The translations under genes were made by a program, and so were the position numbers. Positions 13,150-26,219 of a stretch of DNA of 64,000 nucleotides are shown piece after piece. Numbering within the stretch: the first letter of the stretch is position 1; every line of letters starts with the position of its first letter. The notes beneath the pieces are model-generated. The model did not search any database. It was not told where the DNA came from and worked only from the letters and a program-made list of their open reading frames with translations. This DNA is from Camelus ferus (lineage: Eukaryota). Where the stretch lies: the NCBI RefSeq assembly GCF_009834535.1, contig NC_045696.1, forward strand, positions 74,154,001 through 74,218,000, in the 5' to 3' direction.

Positions 13150-13470
13150 ATTAAAACTAATAAATGCTTGGTTGGGATTAATTTACCCAGCACCAAGCAA
13201 GTGACAGCCCGGTGATGGTATTTACAAAATGAAGCTGTCAAAATGAAAGAGTGACTTTTCAGAAAAGAGTATTAAAGTGCAGTTGACTTTGAAATAACCT
13301 GCTTAGGCATGGCTCACAAATTCTACCCAAAGCAACATTCTTGAGACTGTTTGCTTAGTATGCAAATTAAAATCATCATTAAAAGATCACTAGCCATGTG
13401 GTGGCTCTATGATTAATGATTTCCTCGGCCAAAGGGAGAGATCTGAGTTAATTAGCCTGCCTGATCTCTT
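13150..13470. promoter_or_regulatory. Candidate developmental enhancer (homeodomain/TALE motif cluster)
   Basis: No repeat recognised. GGATTA 13175, TGACAG 13202, CTGTCA 13235, ATGCAAAT 13360, TGATTAAT 13410, TAATTA ~13449. Motifs only; no conservation data. Confidence 0.3.
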
Positions 13471-14699
13471 GCCCCCTTTGCCTCCTGGGACAGAGCTGAG
13501 TGCAGAGGTGCTTCCTTAAGGAAGTAGGAGGGACTCTCAGTTGTGGACACCAGGCTCCAAGCTGCCTGCAGCAATCTCATCCACATCACCCCATCCTTTT
13601 TAGTGGAAGGGAAGTCAGTCCTTGAAAGACAAAGTGATAATGGCTGCAGTGAGGGAAGCAGGGTTATTACATTACTGTATCTGGTCCCTGATGGAAACTA
13701 AAGCAATAAATTGTGGAAATAAAAATATTTAGCAAGAATTAAGAAAAAAGTAATGCAAATTAGAATTTTTTTAAATAAAGGATAAAGTCCAAACACTTTC
13801 CTTTTTGCACATCCCCCTCTCTGCTCTTGCCTCTTTGTTCCTACTTTTACAGTAGACATCTCAGTACAGTAGAGAAAGCAATGTCCCTTGGCTTTCCCAC
13901 TAACTTGTTTTATAATCTTGGAAAGTGAGCACCTCTCTGGGACTGTTTCTTTGTATTCAAAATGTTTCCAACTTCAGCAACTCTTAACTCAGTGACTTCA
14001 TAACTTTTAATTTTACTTAAAAAAAAAAGACAGTAAGAATATTCATGAAGTCTGAAGGTCAGGGAAGTTGTAAGGCAGAAATTGGTAAGGCAAAGGGAAG
14101 TTAAGAAGACAAAGCAGAGGTGGTTGGGGGTTTGAAGTTTCAGTCAATTGGTCTGTGATCAGGTCAGCAAGAACTAGAGTTGCTGGAAATGTCTGGGCTA
14201 TCTGCACTTTCATGGACACTGTTGTTCCTACCCTGGACACTTGGATTGCTCAAGGAAGTCAGTTCTGGAAGTTCTAACTCAGTTTCATGTTGTTCCAGTC
14301 ATCTTCTCCACTTCTACTCCCTGATTGCTGAGCTCTGATGGCAAAAATCATGCAAGCACTCAGACTGATATCAGCAAAAATCTGTGGTCTTCCACCTCTC
14401 AGCAACCAGAGGAAACCCCAGTCCACCTTCTCTCTGTCACCCCTCCCTCCGAGCCAAAAACTTTTTCTCAGCCTCACAGAAAATAGATTTTTTACCAGGA
14501 CCTCTTCAATGTTCCCCTTACTATTAACTCTTTCCTCCTAGCAATAAACTTGGTTGTTTTCCTCTCTTAAAAAGTAATCCTACATTCTCTTGTGGTTACT
14601 TCCCTGTTGATTTCCCTCCTTTCATAGCCAACCTCCTAAGAAAGGGCTTGTTGCTATTTCTTCTTCACCGTCTATTTACTTTTCAGTCAGTTTCCATCT

Positions 14700-14850
14700 G
14701 GATTTGGGTTCTCTCAGAAGTAGATTCTGGGTCAAGTGCAAACAGATTATTTGGAAGGCGATTCTGGAAACACATTAGGAGCGGAAGAAAGCAAGACAAG
14801 GAAGAGAAGGAAGCTAATACAGGATATGGAATCAAACAATCACTATTATG
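14700..14850 (-). mobile_element. ERVL LTR fragment (LTR16/LTR33-like)
   Basis: gggttctctcagaagtagattctg...tatttggaaggcgattctggaaacac...gacaaggaagagaaggaagctaatacagg. Confidence 0.55.
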
Positions 14851-14974
14851 CTGACAATTCTCAAATCTGTATCTCCTGGTCACATCCCAAGTTCTAGATC
14901 TATATTTATAAATCTACTGAGTGCCCCTAACTGGATATCCATGGCAACTCAAACCCAACATCCACAAGTACTGG

Positions 14975-15185
14975 TGTCAGGGATTCAAGGCCTGACTCTC
15001 TGACTTACTACTTAGGTAGCACTGAGCAAGTTACTTCACCTCTGTATTTCCCAGATTACTCCTCTGTAAAAACAGGGACAATAGTGCATCAATAGTGTCT
15101 TGAGGATTAAATGTTTGTGTTAAGCACTAAGCACAGTGCCTGGTAGGTAAGAAGTGATCCGTAATATTAGCTTCTGTTATTAATG
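14975..15185 (+). mobile_element. MIR SINE
   Basis: gagcaagttacttcacctct...ctgtaaaaacaggga...gaggattaaatg...agcacagtgcctgg. Confidence 0.8.
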
Positions 15186-17486
15186 TAGTGAGGAGTTTCT
15201 CCACAAACTAATTTCTTATCATGCACTCCCTCTATGTTAATGGCATCACCATCCACCCACTTAAATCAGAAATTTTCAGATCATCCCAGAATCTTTTCTC
15301 ACTCTCAACATCAGGCACCATATTCTGCCAAGTCCACCTCCCACATATTTCTTAAATTTGTCATTTCCTCTTTATCCTTCTTCCTCTGCCTTAATGCCAG
15401 CCCTCAGCACTCTTGCTTGGATTAGAATTCCCCAGGGGATTCTTCCTGGTCACAATGCCTAGCATACTGTCTGACACAAAGTAATCATTGAATAACTGTT
15501 TGAATGAATATCATCAAATTATCTCTATTATAATATATGGGACCCCACTCCTAAATGATACCTGGATGCCTGGTAGTCTTCCTTGATTTCACTTAATTCC
15601 TCCTTGCACACATTTAGTTCATTGTAACCCTGTTGCCTCTGCTTCCAAATAGACCTAGAATCTAAGCATTTCTCATTCTGTCCCCGATATAGTCCTAGTT
15701 TAAGACCAGACTCATCTGTCCACCCAGACTTTCCTCTTGCCTTTCTACACATCTGTCACATGGAAACTGGAGTCATCAAAGCATAAATTAGATCTTGCCA
15801 TGCCTCTTACTACCTTCCTATGGCTTCTCGATAAATTCTGTAATATCTTCAGGGACTCCAAAATCCCCTATTGACTTCTGCCACCTTATCTCTTTCCCTT
15901 TCTCTCTTCACTCTTTATTTTGGCTGCAGTGGCCTTTGTGCTGTACCTTGAATACACGACATCTGCACCTTTTGCAACTGCTGTTTTCTGCTTGGACTAA
16001 TCATTCACTCAGCTCTCCATACTTATCTCATTACCTAATTTATGTCTTTACATCTTATTGTCTATCTCTCTCCCCATCTTCACTCTGAGAACATAAGCTA
16101 CTTGAGGCCGAATTTATGTCTCATTGATCACTGTCTCCCAGGACGCGGAACAATACTTAGCACCTCGTAGGAGCACAATAAATATTTGTCAACAAATGTT
16201 TATTAAATACTTAACTCTGTTCAAACCAGGCTCCTTGGGACACCAGAAGAAGTAAAAAGAGGTTAAAAGATATCAACAAGAACGTCATCAACAACAATAA
16301 CAGCAATGCCCTAAATACATACAAATAAGGATGAGAAACAAGTTAGAAAAATTGGAAGTAGCTAATTTGTTAAGATGTTAAGATTGCCTGTGTTTTCTTT
16401 TGGAAACCTCCTTAATTATCATTAATGTAGAGCTACAAATGGAAATTGCTAGTAGGATGATATGACAAGATGTCCTGTAGCAGTGCTAAGAAGGAAGGAG
16501 TGTGTTATAGTCAGGGTGGTCTGAGGACTAACTTCTGTTACTCAGGTCATTTAGTAAACCAAGAACTATTCGACATAATGCATTGTGAACACTTTTCTTC
16601 TTTAAGTTATTTCTCAATAATTGTCTATGAAATTTTTAAATGGCAGTAATGTTAACATCTTAATGAAATAGAACATTCAGAGTTCTGACTCTGATGGGCT
16701 GACTTGGAATAAGATTTGTGTGTTTGTGGAGGGGCAGTTTGCAGATACGTAGGGAAGATGCTTCTTGTTTGGGGGCCTCCAGCTGCTCATCAAATTGCAG
16801 GTGGCACAGCCACTTGTCACAGCTTCCCCATTCCAGTTAACCTGGAAATTCTGAACAAGTTTCTGAGGTTCCCTTGATTTCCCTTGAGAGTCTCTGTACC
16901 AAAAACAGCTCTTATGGTAAACTTGAGCTGAGAAACAAATTGGTCTGAGAACATTCCCATGATTCCCATTACCAGAGAATGCTGCTGCTTTTAATTATAG
17001 CAGGTTTCCAGAGCCTTATTTAGAGACAGAAAGAGGGGAAAAAAAACTATCAGAGTATTTTTTTCTAAAGAAAGGGGCAGGAGAATTTATCATGTTTTGG
17101 TGCCATCATGATTGAGGAGAGGGTTTCAGTGATCCACATAGTGAGATGATTTGGTATCATAAACCACTTATTAATTTCTACTTAAGTCAGTAATGATAAA
17201 GTGGGATACATGAAAATTACTTTACAAATAAAGAGCTCATGATGATATGGCTTAGCCAAAAATAAATAAATAAATAACTCTGGATAATTCTGTCAATACC
17301 AATACAAAATCTGAGAAACAGTTACATTCTCACTTTCTAGACAATGACAAATGACAAATCAGAGCACTTAGAACAATTAGTGCCAGTGGTTTTGTATTTC
17401 TTCACTCAAAATATTGGTGAATATAAATTTGCTATTCATTTAGACCCCCAGAACTGACATTTAAAAGGATAAAGCAGGTGGCTTTT

Positions 17487-17896
17487 ATGGTAGAAATTGC
17501 TAGCTGATGTTGTCAAATATTTCCTCTTCTTGCTGGACACTCAAGTAGACTGTATTTCCCAGCCTCCTTTGCAGTTAGATGTGGCCATGTCAGTGAACCT
17601 TGGCAAATAGAGTAAGTTCAAAGGTGATGTATATTCATTTACCACTGGTCCGTAAAGCCCCTCATGCATAATTTTCATTTCCTCTGGCTTGATACAGATG
17701 AACATAGTGACCTTGGAAGCCACATGTTGATGTTATAGAGCCACAAGCTAGAAGAATCTGGGTGCTTGAACCATTTGCTAGAAAGCCACTTGTCAATCAG
17801 GATTTACCTAAGTGAGAAATCAACTGCTCTCCTGTTATGCCTCTGAGATATGAGGATTTGCCTCCTGTGTTAGGTGATATTACCTTCACAGATACA
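17487..17896 (+). mobile_element. MaLR solo LTR (MLT1I/J-like)
   Basis: tatttcccagcctcctttgcagttagatgtggccatgt...ccttggaagccacatgttga...gtgagaaatcaac...cagataca. Confidence 0.8.
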
Positions 17897-19029
17897 GCTG
17901 GTTAGACCTGTTGCTTATAAATTAAAGGTCCTATTGGTTCTGTCACAAGCTTTCCACGAAAAGTGCTGAAATTTTAAACAGTATCTTCATTCTCATGATC
18001 TTATATTATTTCCCATTCTGTATGTAACTTTCCAACAATAATTCCCAATTGGGAAAATTCTTTCCACTGGTATTGTGTATTACATAACTGCCCCAAAAAC
18101 CTAAGAGCTTCCTGAATGAACTTTTTCTAAGTCATAAATTTATGCATTGATGACTTTTTAGGCCAGTTAGTTAACAATGAAAGTCGAGTAATTTCATAGT
18201 TCAGAACGGTGGCATACATTATAAAAGAAAGAAAGATAAAGTAAAATCATTATGTTAAGTAATTCTAGTCATTATCCTCAAACGGCATACCAAAATAAGT
18301 ACCTTTCAAAGAAATGCTTCTCAGATCAGGTCACAGATCATCAGTTTCAAGCACTCAGTGAAAAGATGTCTTTCAAAAATGGGACACATTGCCAGTTCTC
18401 CAAATAGTGAAAATATATGTTGGTGCCCTCTCCTGACCACGTGAATTGTTGTCTGCAGATACTCACTAAAGGAAGATAATGTATCAAAAAGAAATTTTGT
18501 CCAGAGGCACAAGTATAGGTTATGGTATAAGTCTCAATATAAGAAACTTTCATTCTTCAATCCACAGTTTACTTTGTTTAAACTGGAAACATTTTTGTTA
18601 CTGGTTCTAAACCAAGATTCTCTTCCTAAGGACTTAATCAATCATTCGTTTAAAACCTTACCATGCAGATAAGAAAACAAACTGTTCTCTGGTTTACAAT
18701 TGAAGATTATGGAAATAAATTCCAAGGTGTTGACTCATGCATGAAGTTACATCACTCTATTAGTACTCTATTTGTATATGTGAATATTTATGAACTCCCT
18801 GGAGGTTTACAAGTAACATGAATAAGAAGAAAGGCAGAAATGTTCTTCTTAGTGAAATTTTGAAGAAGGACCAAATTCTTAAATTTGATAAACAACTTTC
18901 TTAGGAACAGAAATTAGCAGCTCGAAATATTTTTTATAACCATCATCCCAGTTTAAACATTGACTGATTCTCTGTTACCTATTCTTTTTCTCTGGCTTAA
19001 TCCAGTCACACATATACCAATAGAACACT

Positions 19030-19356
19030 TCTTTTTTTAATTACTTTTTTTAAGTTGAAGTATAGTTAATTTGTAATATTTGTGTTAGTTTCAGGTATAC
19101 TGCAAAGTGCTTCAGTTATATATATATTTTTCAGATTATTTTCCATTATAGCTCATTACAAGATATTGAATATAATTCCCTGTGCTATACAGTAAGTTCT
19201 TGTTGCTTATGTATTTTATATATAGTAGTTTGTGTCTTTTAATCTTATACTCCTAATTTATCCACCCACTTCCCTCTTTGGTAACCTTAAGTTTGTTTTC
19301 TATGTCTGTGAGTCTGTTTCTGTTTTGTATATTGATTCATTTAGATTATTTTTTAG
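19030..19356 (-). mobile_element. L1 3'-end fragment (~325 bp), cetartiodactyl-type
   Basis: Poly(T); acaagatattgaatataattccctgtgctatacag; aagtttgttttctatgtctgtgagtctgtttctgttttgt. Confidence 0.88.
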
Positions 19357-19669
19357 TGTTCCTAACTGTTACAAAATGGAGCTGGACATTTAAGAGTCCT
19401 CAGTAATAAATTACTAGGTGGCACTGAGTTCCCAGCTGCCTCTCATGGCAAATCCATTTTTGCCTCAAAGTTCTTTACCAATTCTCACCCAAATAGTGCT
19501 TTTCTTCCATTATCTTATTTCCTTCCTTCTCTCCTATCCTACCGCCTCCCACCCCTACCCACCCCACCAAAAGGATAGTATTTTATAAGTCTCTGCCATG
19601 GTGTCTTGCCAGTTCTGCGCTCTCAGCCTCTCCTCATTCTGTTTGCTCAGTCAACATTTTACTTGATAT

Positions 19670-19870
19670 TAAGGAACACTGGCCTGGAGTCAGATGGCCT
19701 CAAGACTTTATCACTTATAAGTAGGTAACTTAAATTATCTTGGCTTTGAATTTGTTTAAATCTGTAAAATAAACATAAATATATCTATGCCAAATGACTA
19801 GGTACAGAAATAATATTTGCAAAAACACCTAGTAAAATTCCTGGCACATAGTAGGCACTCAATAAATATT
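19670..19870 (+). mobile_element. MIR SINE
   Basis: cactggcctggagtcaga...ctgtaaaat...cctggcacatagtaggcactcaataaatattag. Confidence 0.8.
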
Positions 19871-19871
19871 A

Positions 19872-20403
19872 GTCTTTAAGTTAGTTTTTGCATCATATAA
19901 ATCACCCCGAAACTTAATGTCTTAAAACAAGAATGATGATTTACTGTTTTTCATGGTTCCCGTGGATCAAGAAATTAAGAAGGCTCAGCTGGGCTATCGT
20001 TACGTAGAGTCTCTAATGCTGTTGCAGTCATTTGTCAAATGGGGCTGCAGTCATCTGAAGGAAGTGGAGGATCCAATGAGGCTCACTTGCATAGCTAGCA
20101 GGTTCTTCCAAGCTGTTGACGGGGGCTTTGGTTTCTCTCTGTGAAGACTGTTCCACAGAGCTGCTTGAGTATACTCACGGTGTGGCAGCTAGCTTCCTCT
20201 GAAGTGAGTGAGATCCGAGGAACCAAGGTGAAAATTGCAATGTCATTTATGAGCTTACCTGGGAAATCACATACTACCATTCCCACCATATTCTATTGGT
20301 CACATCTGGACAGCCCTGATTTCATGTGGGAGGAATTTACATATGAGTGTGAATACCGGAATATATGGATCATTGAAAGCTCTCTTGGAGGCAGGCTGCT
20401 ACA
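19872..20403 (-). mobile_element. MaLR solo LTR (MLT1G/H-like)
   Basis: aaatcaccccgaaacttaatgtcttaaaacaa...ggctcagctgggc...cttgagtatactcac...ggcaggctgctaca. Confidence 0.8.
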
Positions 20404-20644
20404 GTTAGATATCAGTTTCCTTAAAGAAAATGCTGACCACTTGGATTACTGTTAAACACCTGGAGTACTTTCCAGTTTCACCTTAAAGTATTACTTTGTA
20501 GGCTAGCTAAGCCCAACCTTCCTCCTTTTACCTCCTTTGTTCTCTACCCCTCCCTCATCCACCCCCTTTCCCACCACAATACACAGGGCTACCATCCACG
20601 TCTAAATTTTGCGCACGCTATTTTTCCAATTGGAATAATCATTT

Positions 20645-20757
20645 TTTTAAAAAAATAAAACATTTAGTAAAATTTTAGAGTAGTTTTAGATTTACAGAAA
20701 AGTTGTGCAGATAGCACAGAGTTCCCATATTCTCCCCACCCAATCTCCCCTGTTATT
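20645..20757 (-). mobile_element. Old L1 (L1MC/MB-type) 3' terminal fragment
   Basis: ttttagagtagttttagatttacagaaaagttgtgcagatagcacagagttcccatat. Confidence 0.75.
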
Positions 20758-21829
20758 TTAGGCAGAGCTTTGAAAGAAAGAGTTTTGATAATTCAAGATG
20801 GAACAGTGCAAGCAAAAGCTCTAAGGCGAGGAACTCATCTCCTTCAGCATCTTGAAGGTGATGGAATCTAGCCTTTGAAAGAGATGCAGAATGATATAAA
20901 CTGAAGGAGAATTAAATGAATCAGATGAAGTTGTTGTTCTACTTATTACAACTCTGAGAAGAAACAATTAATTATTGAAAAAATCATTTTAAGAAAATAA
21001 AGTAATAAAACTGGGTATGGATAGGTAATCAATTTGGAAAATTCATGGTCCAAAAGAGACAAAATTGAAAGATTTTTTTCTAAAACCCATGTCATAAAAA
21101 AAGGTTAAATTAAGTTGGAATTGAATTATATGAATTTATGATTTTATTTTTAGACTTCTGCCACAAGATCAAGTAGGAAGGTAGTGACTGCAACTTTTAA
21201 ATAAAGAAATGATTTAACTGAATGGTGATTTAGCTTTTGTGAACAAATACCTCATCCCACAGGAATAATTATTAGATGGAAGGAGACTCCTTGATCGGAG
21301 TGGAAAAGCAGTTTTGTCTCACTAATAAGCAAGATGTTGTATAGTGACCTACAATATATACAGTTAGGTGGCATTTGATTCTATAAGAAGAGCGGAAAGT
21401 GATTATTGCCTATTTACAGATGAGCAAACTGAGGCTCAGGGGAGCACTCTACAGACCAGGGCAAGACCACAGACTGAGTCAATGCTAGAAACCAAGTAGA
21501 CTAGACCAAAGATTCATCGTCCACAAAAAGACTCAAGGACAGAAGTCTGAGGGAAAAATGGGGGAATTACCTGTAAGGTCTTTTCCCTCAAGCATGCAGA
21601 TTCCCAGTGTCCACAGCAAGTCTGAGGGCATTAAATTTGATTGACACTGACTGAGGAAGGGAGGCTGCTGTTTCAAGGTCACACATACGGTCTTTGAATT
21701 CACTCCCACTTAATAATTTTACTGTGCTTTGAAAATGTTGGAGAGCAATGAGAACTGGAAAACTCCTACAGAAGATCCCCAAAGCCTCCTGAAAGGTCTT
21801 TCTTCCCCCAGACACACAATCCTTTAATC

Positions 21830-22865
21830 TATCATTTGTAGTGACTTCTGGTTATCCACCCTACTCCACCTCCTACATCTGAACAAATCAATCCTATCCC
21901 TGCTTAACACCAAAATGCAGGTGTAAACATGTCATCTTCATCCCTGCATAAAAACCTTTGATGGCTTCCTGTAGGATAAAGTCAACCTCAGCTTGACATA
22001 TGTATCTTTTAAATATCAGGTCCTAACATTCCATTGTAACCTCATTTCTCACTGCTTTTCACCATGAGTACTACACTATAGGTACATTAAACTACCACAC
22101 TGTGGAGTAGGAGGTGCTGGTGTTCAGAGATCTCCACACACAATTTTCACATGAACAGTTTCACCTGCCTATAATAATCATATATCATGACATATGACAG
22201 TAACTACTGCTCTAGTTACTGAGAGCCTACTTACAACAAGCATTGTAGTGGGTACTTTACATGTTGCATTTCAGTTAGACCTTATAAAAACTTTCTTCAA
22301 AGTAATTATCTCCAATTTCAGTGGAGAAAACAGATTTAGATGTTAATTTTCACTCAAGGACCCACAGCCAGTTCAAAGGATTCAAGCTCAGATCTGTCTG
22401 CCTCAAAAACCTGTTTTTGTTTTTGTTTTTTCTCCTGAATGGTGTAGTGTCATGAAGAGCTATGACTCTGGAGCCATGTGGGTCTGGGTTGAAGTCATCT
22501 TAGCCCTGCCATTTCCAGGAAGAATACCTCATGTAAATTGATTAATCTCTTCAAATCCCAGTTTTTTCATTTGTAAAAATTAGGAAATTAGGATATTTGG
22601 AAGCACCTAATCCATAAAGCTTTTCTGAGAATCAAAGGAGAAAACAGATGTCAAGTGTATCACTGCTAATGTTACTGAATCTCATCACCTCCACTTGGCA
22701 AACACTCATTTATTTTTTAAGACCTAGTTCAAATGTCACCTCCTAAATTGACAGTGTATCCAACTCCGCCAGACAGAATTGTTTTCTCCTAGTCCCCATA
22801 TGACTTTAGTCTTATAATTATCTGTTCCCCATTAGAAAAGAGGTTCTGGATGTCATGAGTTACTC
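21830..22865 (+). mobile_element. L2 fragments containing two oppositely oriented MIRs (~22200-22410 minus, ~22440-22670 plus)
   Basis: L2: aaaacctttgatggcttcc...aggataaagtc; ttaagacctagttcaaatgtcacctcc. MIR: ggattcaagctcagatctgtctgcctcaaaa; gactctggagcca...cagttttttcatttgtaaaa. Confidence 0.65.
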
Positions 22866-23330
22866 TGTCTAAGTCTGGGTTCTTCCCAAAGCCAACTCAG
22901 AGACAAGGGTTTGAATCAAGTAGTCTTTTGAGAGGTGCAGAGAACGTGTCTAGATACAGAAGAAAGCAATCAGGGAAGAGAAGGCAGCCTTTAAGAGATA
23001 TTAATTCAACTATTGTCATGGGTAACTGATCATTACTGTCATATAGAGAAACTCTGGAAAACTGTGCAAAACTAACTTAGTACTCAGAATTATCCCAGAC
23101 AAGAGGGTGGGATCTGGGTATTTTTATCCCTACACTGACTAGCCCTGGGTTACAAGTTACCTGGTACTGGTACAGGTGCTTCTGGCTTGTGGTGCACATA
23201 GGCATAGTGGGCTCTGGAAACCTGAGGGCAGCCCCCCAACAAAGATGCCACTGTTGCCTTTGTCAGTCAAGCTGATATATGATAAGGGGGTCTGAGAGAA
23301 CAGAGTGGAACACTGAGCATATCTGCTATT
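22866..23330 (-). mobile_element. ERVL solo LTR (LTR16-like)
   Basis: tgtctaagtctgggttcttcccaaagccaactcagagacaagggtttga...gggtctgagag...agcatatctgcta. Confidence 0.7.
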
Positions 23331-23457
23331 CTCGTCTTACACTCCTGTATCATCATTTATGCATCCACGCACCTGACCTTGCTCTTTATCAGTCTCCTTT
23401 TACCTCAGACTTTCCTGTACAAGGACTTGTATGCAGTGAGCAACCAATAAATGATTA

Positions 23458-23570
23458 AAGAAGAAAAGAGAGAGATGTGAAGGAAAAGACAGAAAGGAAG
23501 AAAAAGGACAGGATAAGAAACGCATGGAAGAAAAAACAGGAAGGGAAGGGAAGGGAGGTGAAGGGAAGGA
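23458..23570 (+). repeat. Purine-rich low-complexity tract (GGAAG-like)
   Basis: aggaagggaagggaagggaggtgaagggaagg following an L2 tail. Confidence 0.75.
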
Positions 23571-24289
23571 TGCATCCTGTGCTGTGATTTGGAATGTGAA
23601 AGTCTCCCTTCGGTTTACCTCTTATGGAAGCAACAAATGAACTGTATATAGATGTTAAGGAAATAAATTCCCAGGATGGCATCCATAAAGCTGTCTAAAC
23701 ATCAGTCTAGGTATTTAGGATGAAAATTAATTGTGGAATCAGAGTTATGGTCTCTTATGTTTTCTGTGCCAGATCAAAAGCCAGAAAGTTGTTATAAAGC
23801 TGGTCAGGAGTCCTGACCTTCAGTATATACAGTTTGAGAAAAGAGTCTAAGAAAGATAAGTGAGGATTTTTTTTTTTCTTGCTGTACTAGGTAATGAGTT
23901 TTATAATGGAAACACAATTGCAAGTTACATAATCAAGTAGGTCAGAGCTATTGATCTGCCCAGTGACAAGACTGCCTGAGTGAACTGCATTATTCCAAAA
24001 TGATGGTTCGAAAGCTAATAATGGCCAAAAGTGTTACCTGGATTTTGTACTTCCATTAGGATGAGGCTCATTGCTTCTGTACCTCAGAAATATTATGCTA
24101 AACCAGCTTTGTTAAGCAATGTAGTATGTGGACACAGCACCAGGAAGCAGGTGCAACACTCTCTGACTAGCTTTTGTGACCTTGGAGTCAGCATGAAAAC
24201 TCCCTGGGTCCCAGTTTTACCATTTGGAACTTCAGGGCATTGGACTAAGCTGAAAGTTGGACATTCAGATGATGACGCCTCCTGAATGA

Positions 24290-24553
24290 ATGAGAGTGAT
24301 GATGGGAGACTGAAGAGCACGTGCCCCATCTAAAGGAGCAGCCATTACTCAGACCCAGCCAAGGGTTGCTGTGCTGAAATTTCAGACTTGGGCTGTCAAG
24401 TTTCCCAATATTTCCTAAGAACCATGAAATTTATGTCATTTTTTTTTAGATTTTAATGTGTTGGTACAATTTTTATGAAAGACGCAATGTGGGCCAAAGA
24501 AGAATTATCAACAATGGACAGAATATAACCCACAGGTTATTATTCACCTCTGA
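24290..24553. mobile_element. hAT-Charlie MITE (MER102-like)
   Basis: gccattactcagacccagcc...tgtgggccaaa...aatataacccacagg...cacctctg resembles a MER102 end. Confidence 0.5.
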
Positions 24554-25099
24554 ACCAGATAAATCCCAATCCCCTTCCAGTTATTGACCTTCTGAAAATG
24601 GTATTTGGAAGCATAGATGTGTTCTTTTAAACTGAGACGCCTATGCACAGTGCTGCTCCTGTTCCTACACCTGCTTTTTTCCCCAAAGGGGTTTGTGTAT
24701 CTTGACTGAAGTCCAGGACAATCACCAATAATGTTCCTCACTTAGGAATTTCGGCAGCATGTTTAGCAACCTCTTTCCTGACGACCCATATCTACGTCCC
24801 AAAACCTAAAATTTGGTAGAAGTAATCATCCTAACTTGAACAAGTTGCTATTACTTACCATAATGTAGGTTACCTTAAATATTGTGTGGGTCCCTGTATT
24901 TCTCTGCACTGTGGAACCTTGTTGAAGTCTCCCGTGACATCTTTGTATCCTCCTTGATCTTTAATTAGGATTGTAAAGATTGACACCTTTGAGGTCCAGT
25001 TTATACCTTCAATCGAGAGGATTCCACTGCAAGTTGCAAGTTGGTTAGTTATTTCAAGTGACTGATAGAAAACATGTTCTAGACATAGAGGAATAATCC

Positions 25100-26090
25100 A
25101 GAGAGAAGGAACAATAGAAGATATAAAAATAATAGATGGAGCAAAGTGTCAGAAAGAGTGGGATGACAAGTGAAGGGATGGGGGCCACCTTTGAAGGGAT
25201 GCCTTGAAAAAGAATCTCTTTCTCTGAGATGGATGGGGCAAATAAGAGCTTGTGAAGCCAAATTGTTGAGAAGGAGAGAGAAAAATCATATGGTGTGGCC
25301 CTCCATCTTCCCTGTAAAGTAGGAGCTAAGGTTTTGTTCAGGAAGAGAATACCAGTAAGCTAATCTCTGATGAGGGAGAAGAAGATTGAGAAAAGGTACT
25401 TTGGAAAATGTCATAGATAGAAAAATATAGATAATTTTTAAAGATACCAAGTAGATTTAAGAGTTAATAGATTTCAGTCCACAAGAACCCACTATGGAAC
25501 AAAATGAACCAGCTTATTGCCATTCTCCAGGAAGGTAATTAATGGCTTTAGGACAAATGAAGAATGAAAAAAGAGTCTAGGGGTGGGAGAAGGGAAACTT
25601 TAGTTTTATAGATCTGGGATATAGAGCTATTCTGAGGGAAGCCAAGTTGCAGGATGTGGTCACGCCTGGGACTGGTTCAAATGGAGTAGAGACAAAGGCT
25701 GTATGTGTTGAGAAGGTCAAGGAACTGTGATGCCAGTAAGGGAAGATGCCAGAGTTACCAAGGAATGTAGTGTAGAGGACACCTTGAGGTAAAGTAGGGG
25801 GTTGTTCTGGAGGTTAGCCATATTTCGGGATGGTAGTAGGGAATAAGGAGCTTATTCTCCTTGTTTTAAAAATTTTGACAAACAACATAAGGGGTTGCCT
25901 CCAAGGGAGAGAATTTTCAGGGAAATGAAATTATTAGCAAGAAATCACTATCTCATTTTTGGTGAGAAGGTGAAAAGAGTGACCCAATAATGTTTTCTGC
26001 TAATGGAGGATGAGTTTCAATGGAAAGAGAGGGCAGAGAATCATGGAAAAGATAGTAGGGGAGGAATAGAATTAAGCTATAAATGAATGA
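25100..26090 (-). mobile_element. Highly decayed L2 ORF2 segment
   Basis: Purine-rich composition and motifs (gagaaggtcaaggaactg, tctttctctgagatgg) typical of antisense L2; weak. Confidence 0.35.
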
Positions 26091-26104
26091 GAAGAAAAAA
26101 AACT

Positions 26105-26190
26105 ATAGCAAGGGGTAGCTTTGAAATCAGACAGACCTAGGTTTGAATCTGGCTCTGCCACTTACTAGCTGCAGAGGTTGATCCAATTTT
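26105..26190 (+). mobile_element. MIR 5' fragment
   Basis: ctttgaaatcagacagacctaggtttgaatctggctctgccacttactagctg. Confidence 0.85.
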
Positions 26191-26219
26191 AGAATCCCAC
26201 TTTAAGAAAAATAATACAT

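Larger units (their letters stand above)
14330..16190 (+). mobile_element. Fragmented L2 (ORF2 remnants to 3' tail), interrupted by an ERVL LTR piece and a MIR
   Basis: Pyrimidine-rich L2 motifs: ctggatatccatggcaactcaaacccaacatcc; taatggcatcaccatccacccac; tail gagcacaataaatatttg. Confidence 0.7.

Noticed and set aside
19021..19364. Apparent inverted flanks (tagaacact / agtgttccta) around the L1 tail
   Set aside because: The right-hand motif is explained as decayed L1 sequence (ttttagattcc); a coincidence.
22200..22670. Inverted MIR pair as a dsRNA hairpin (also 48530-48870)
   Set aside because: The copies are too diverged for stable long pairing, and the arrangement is common.
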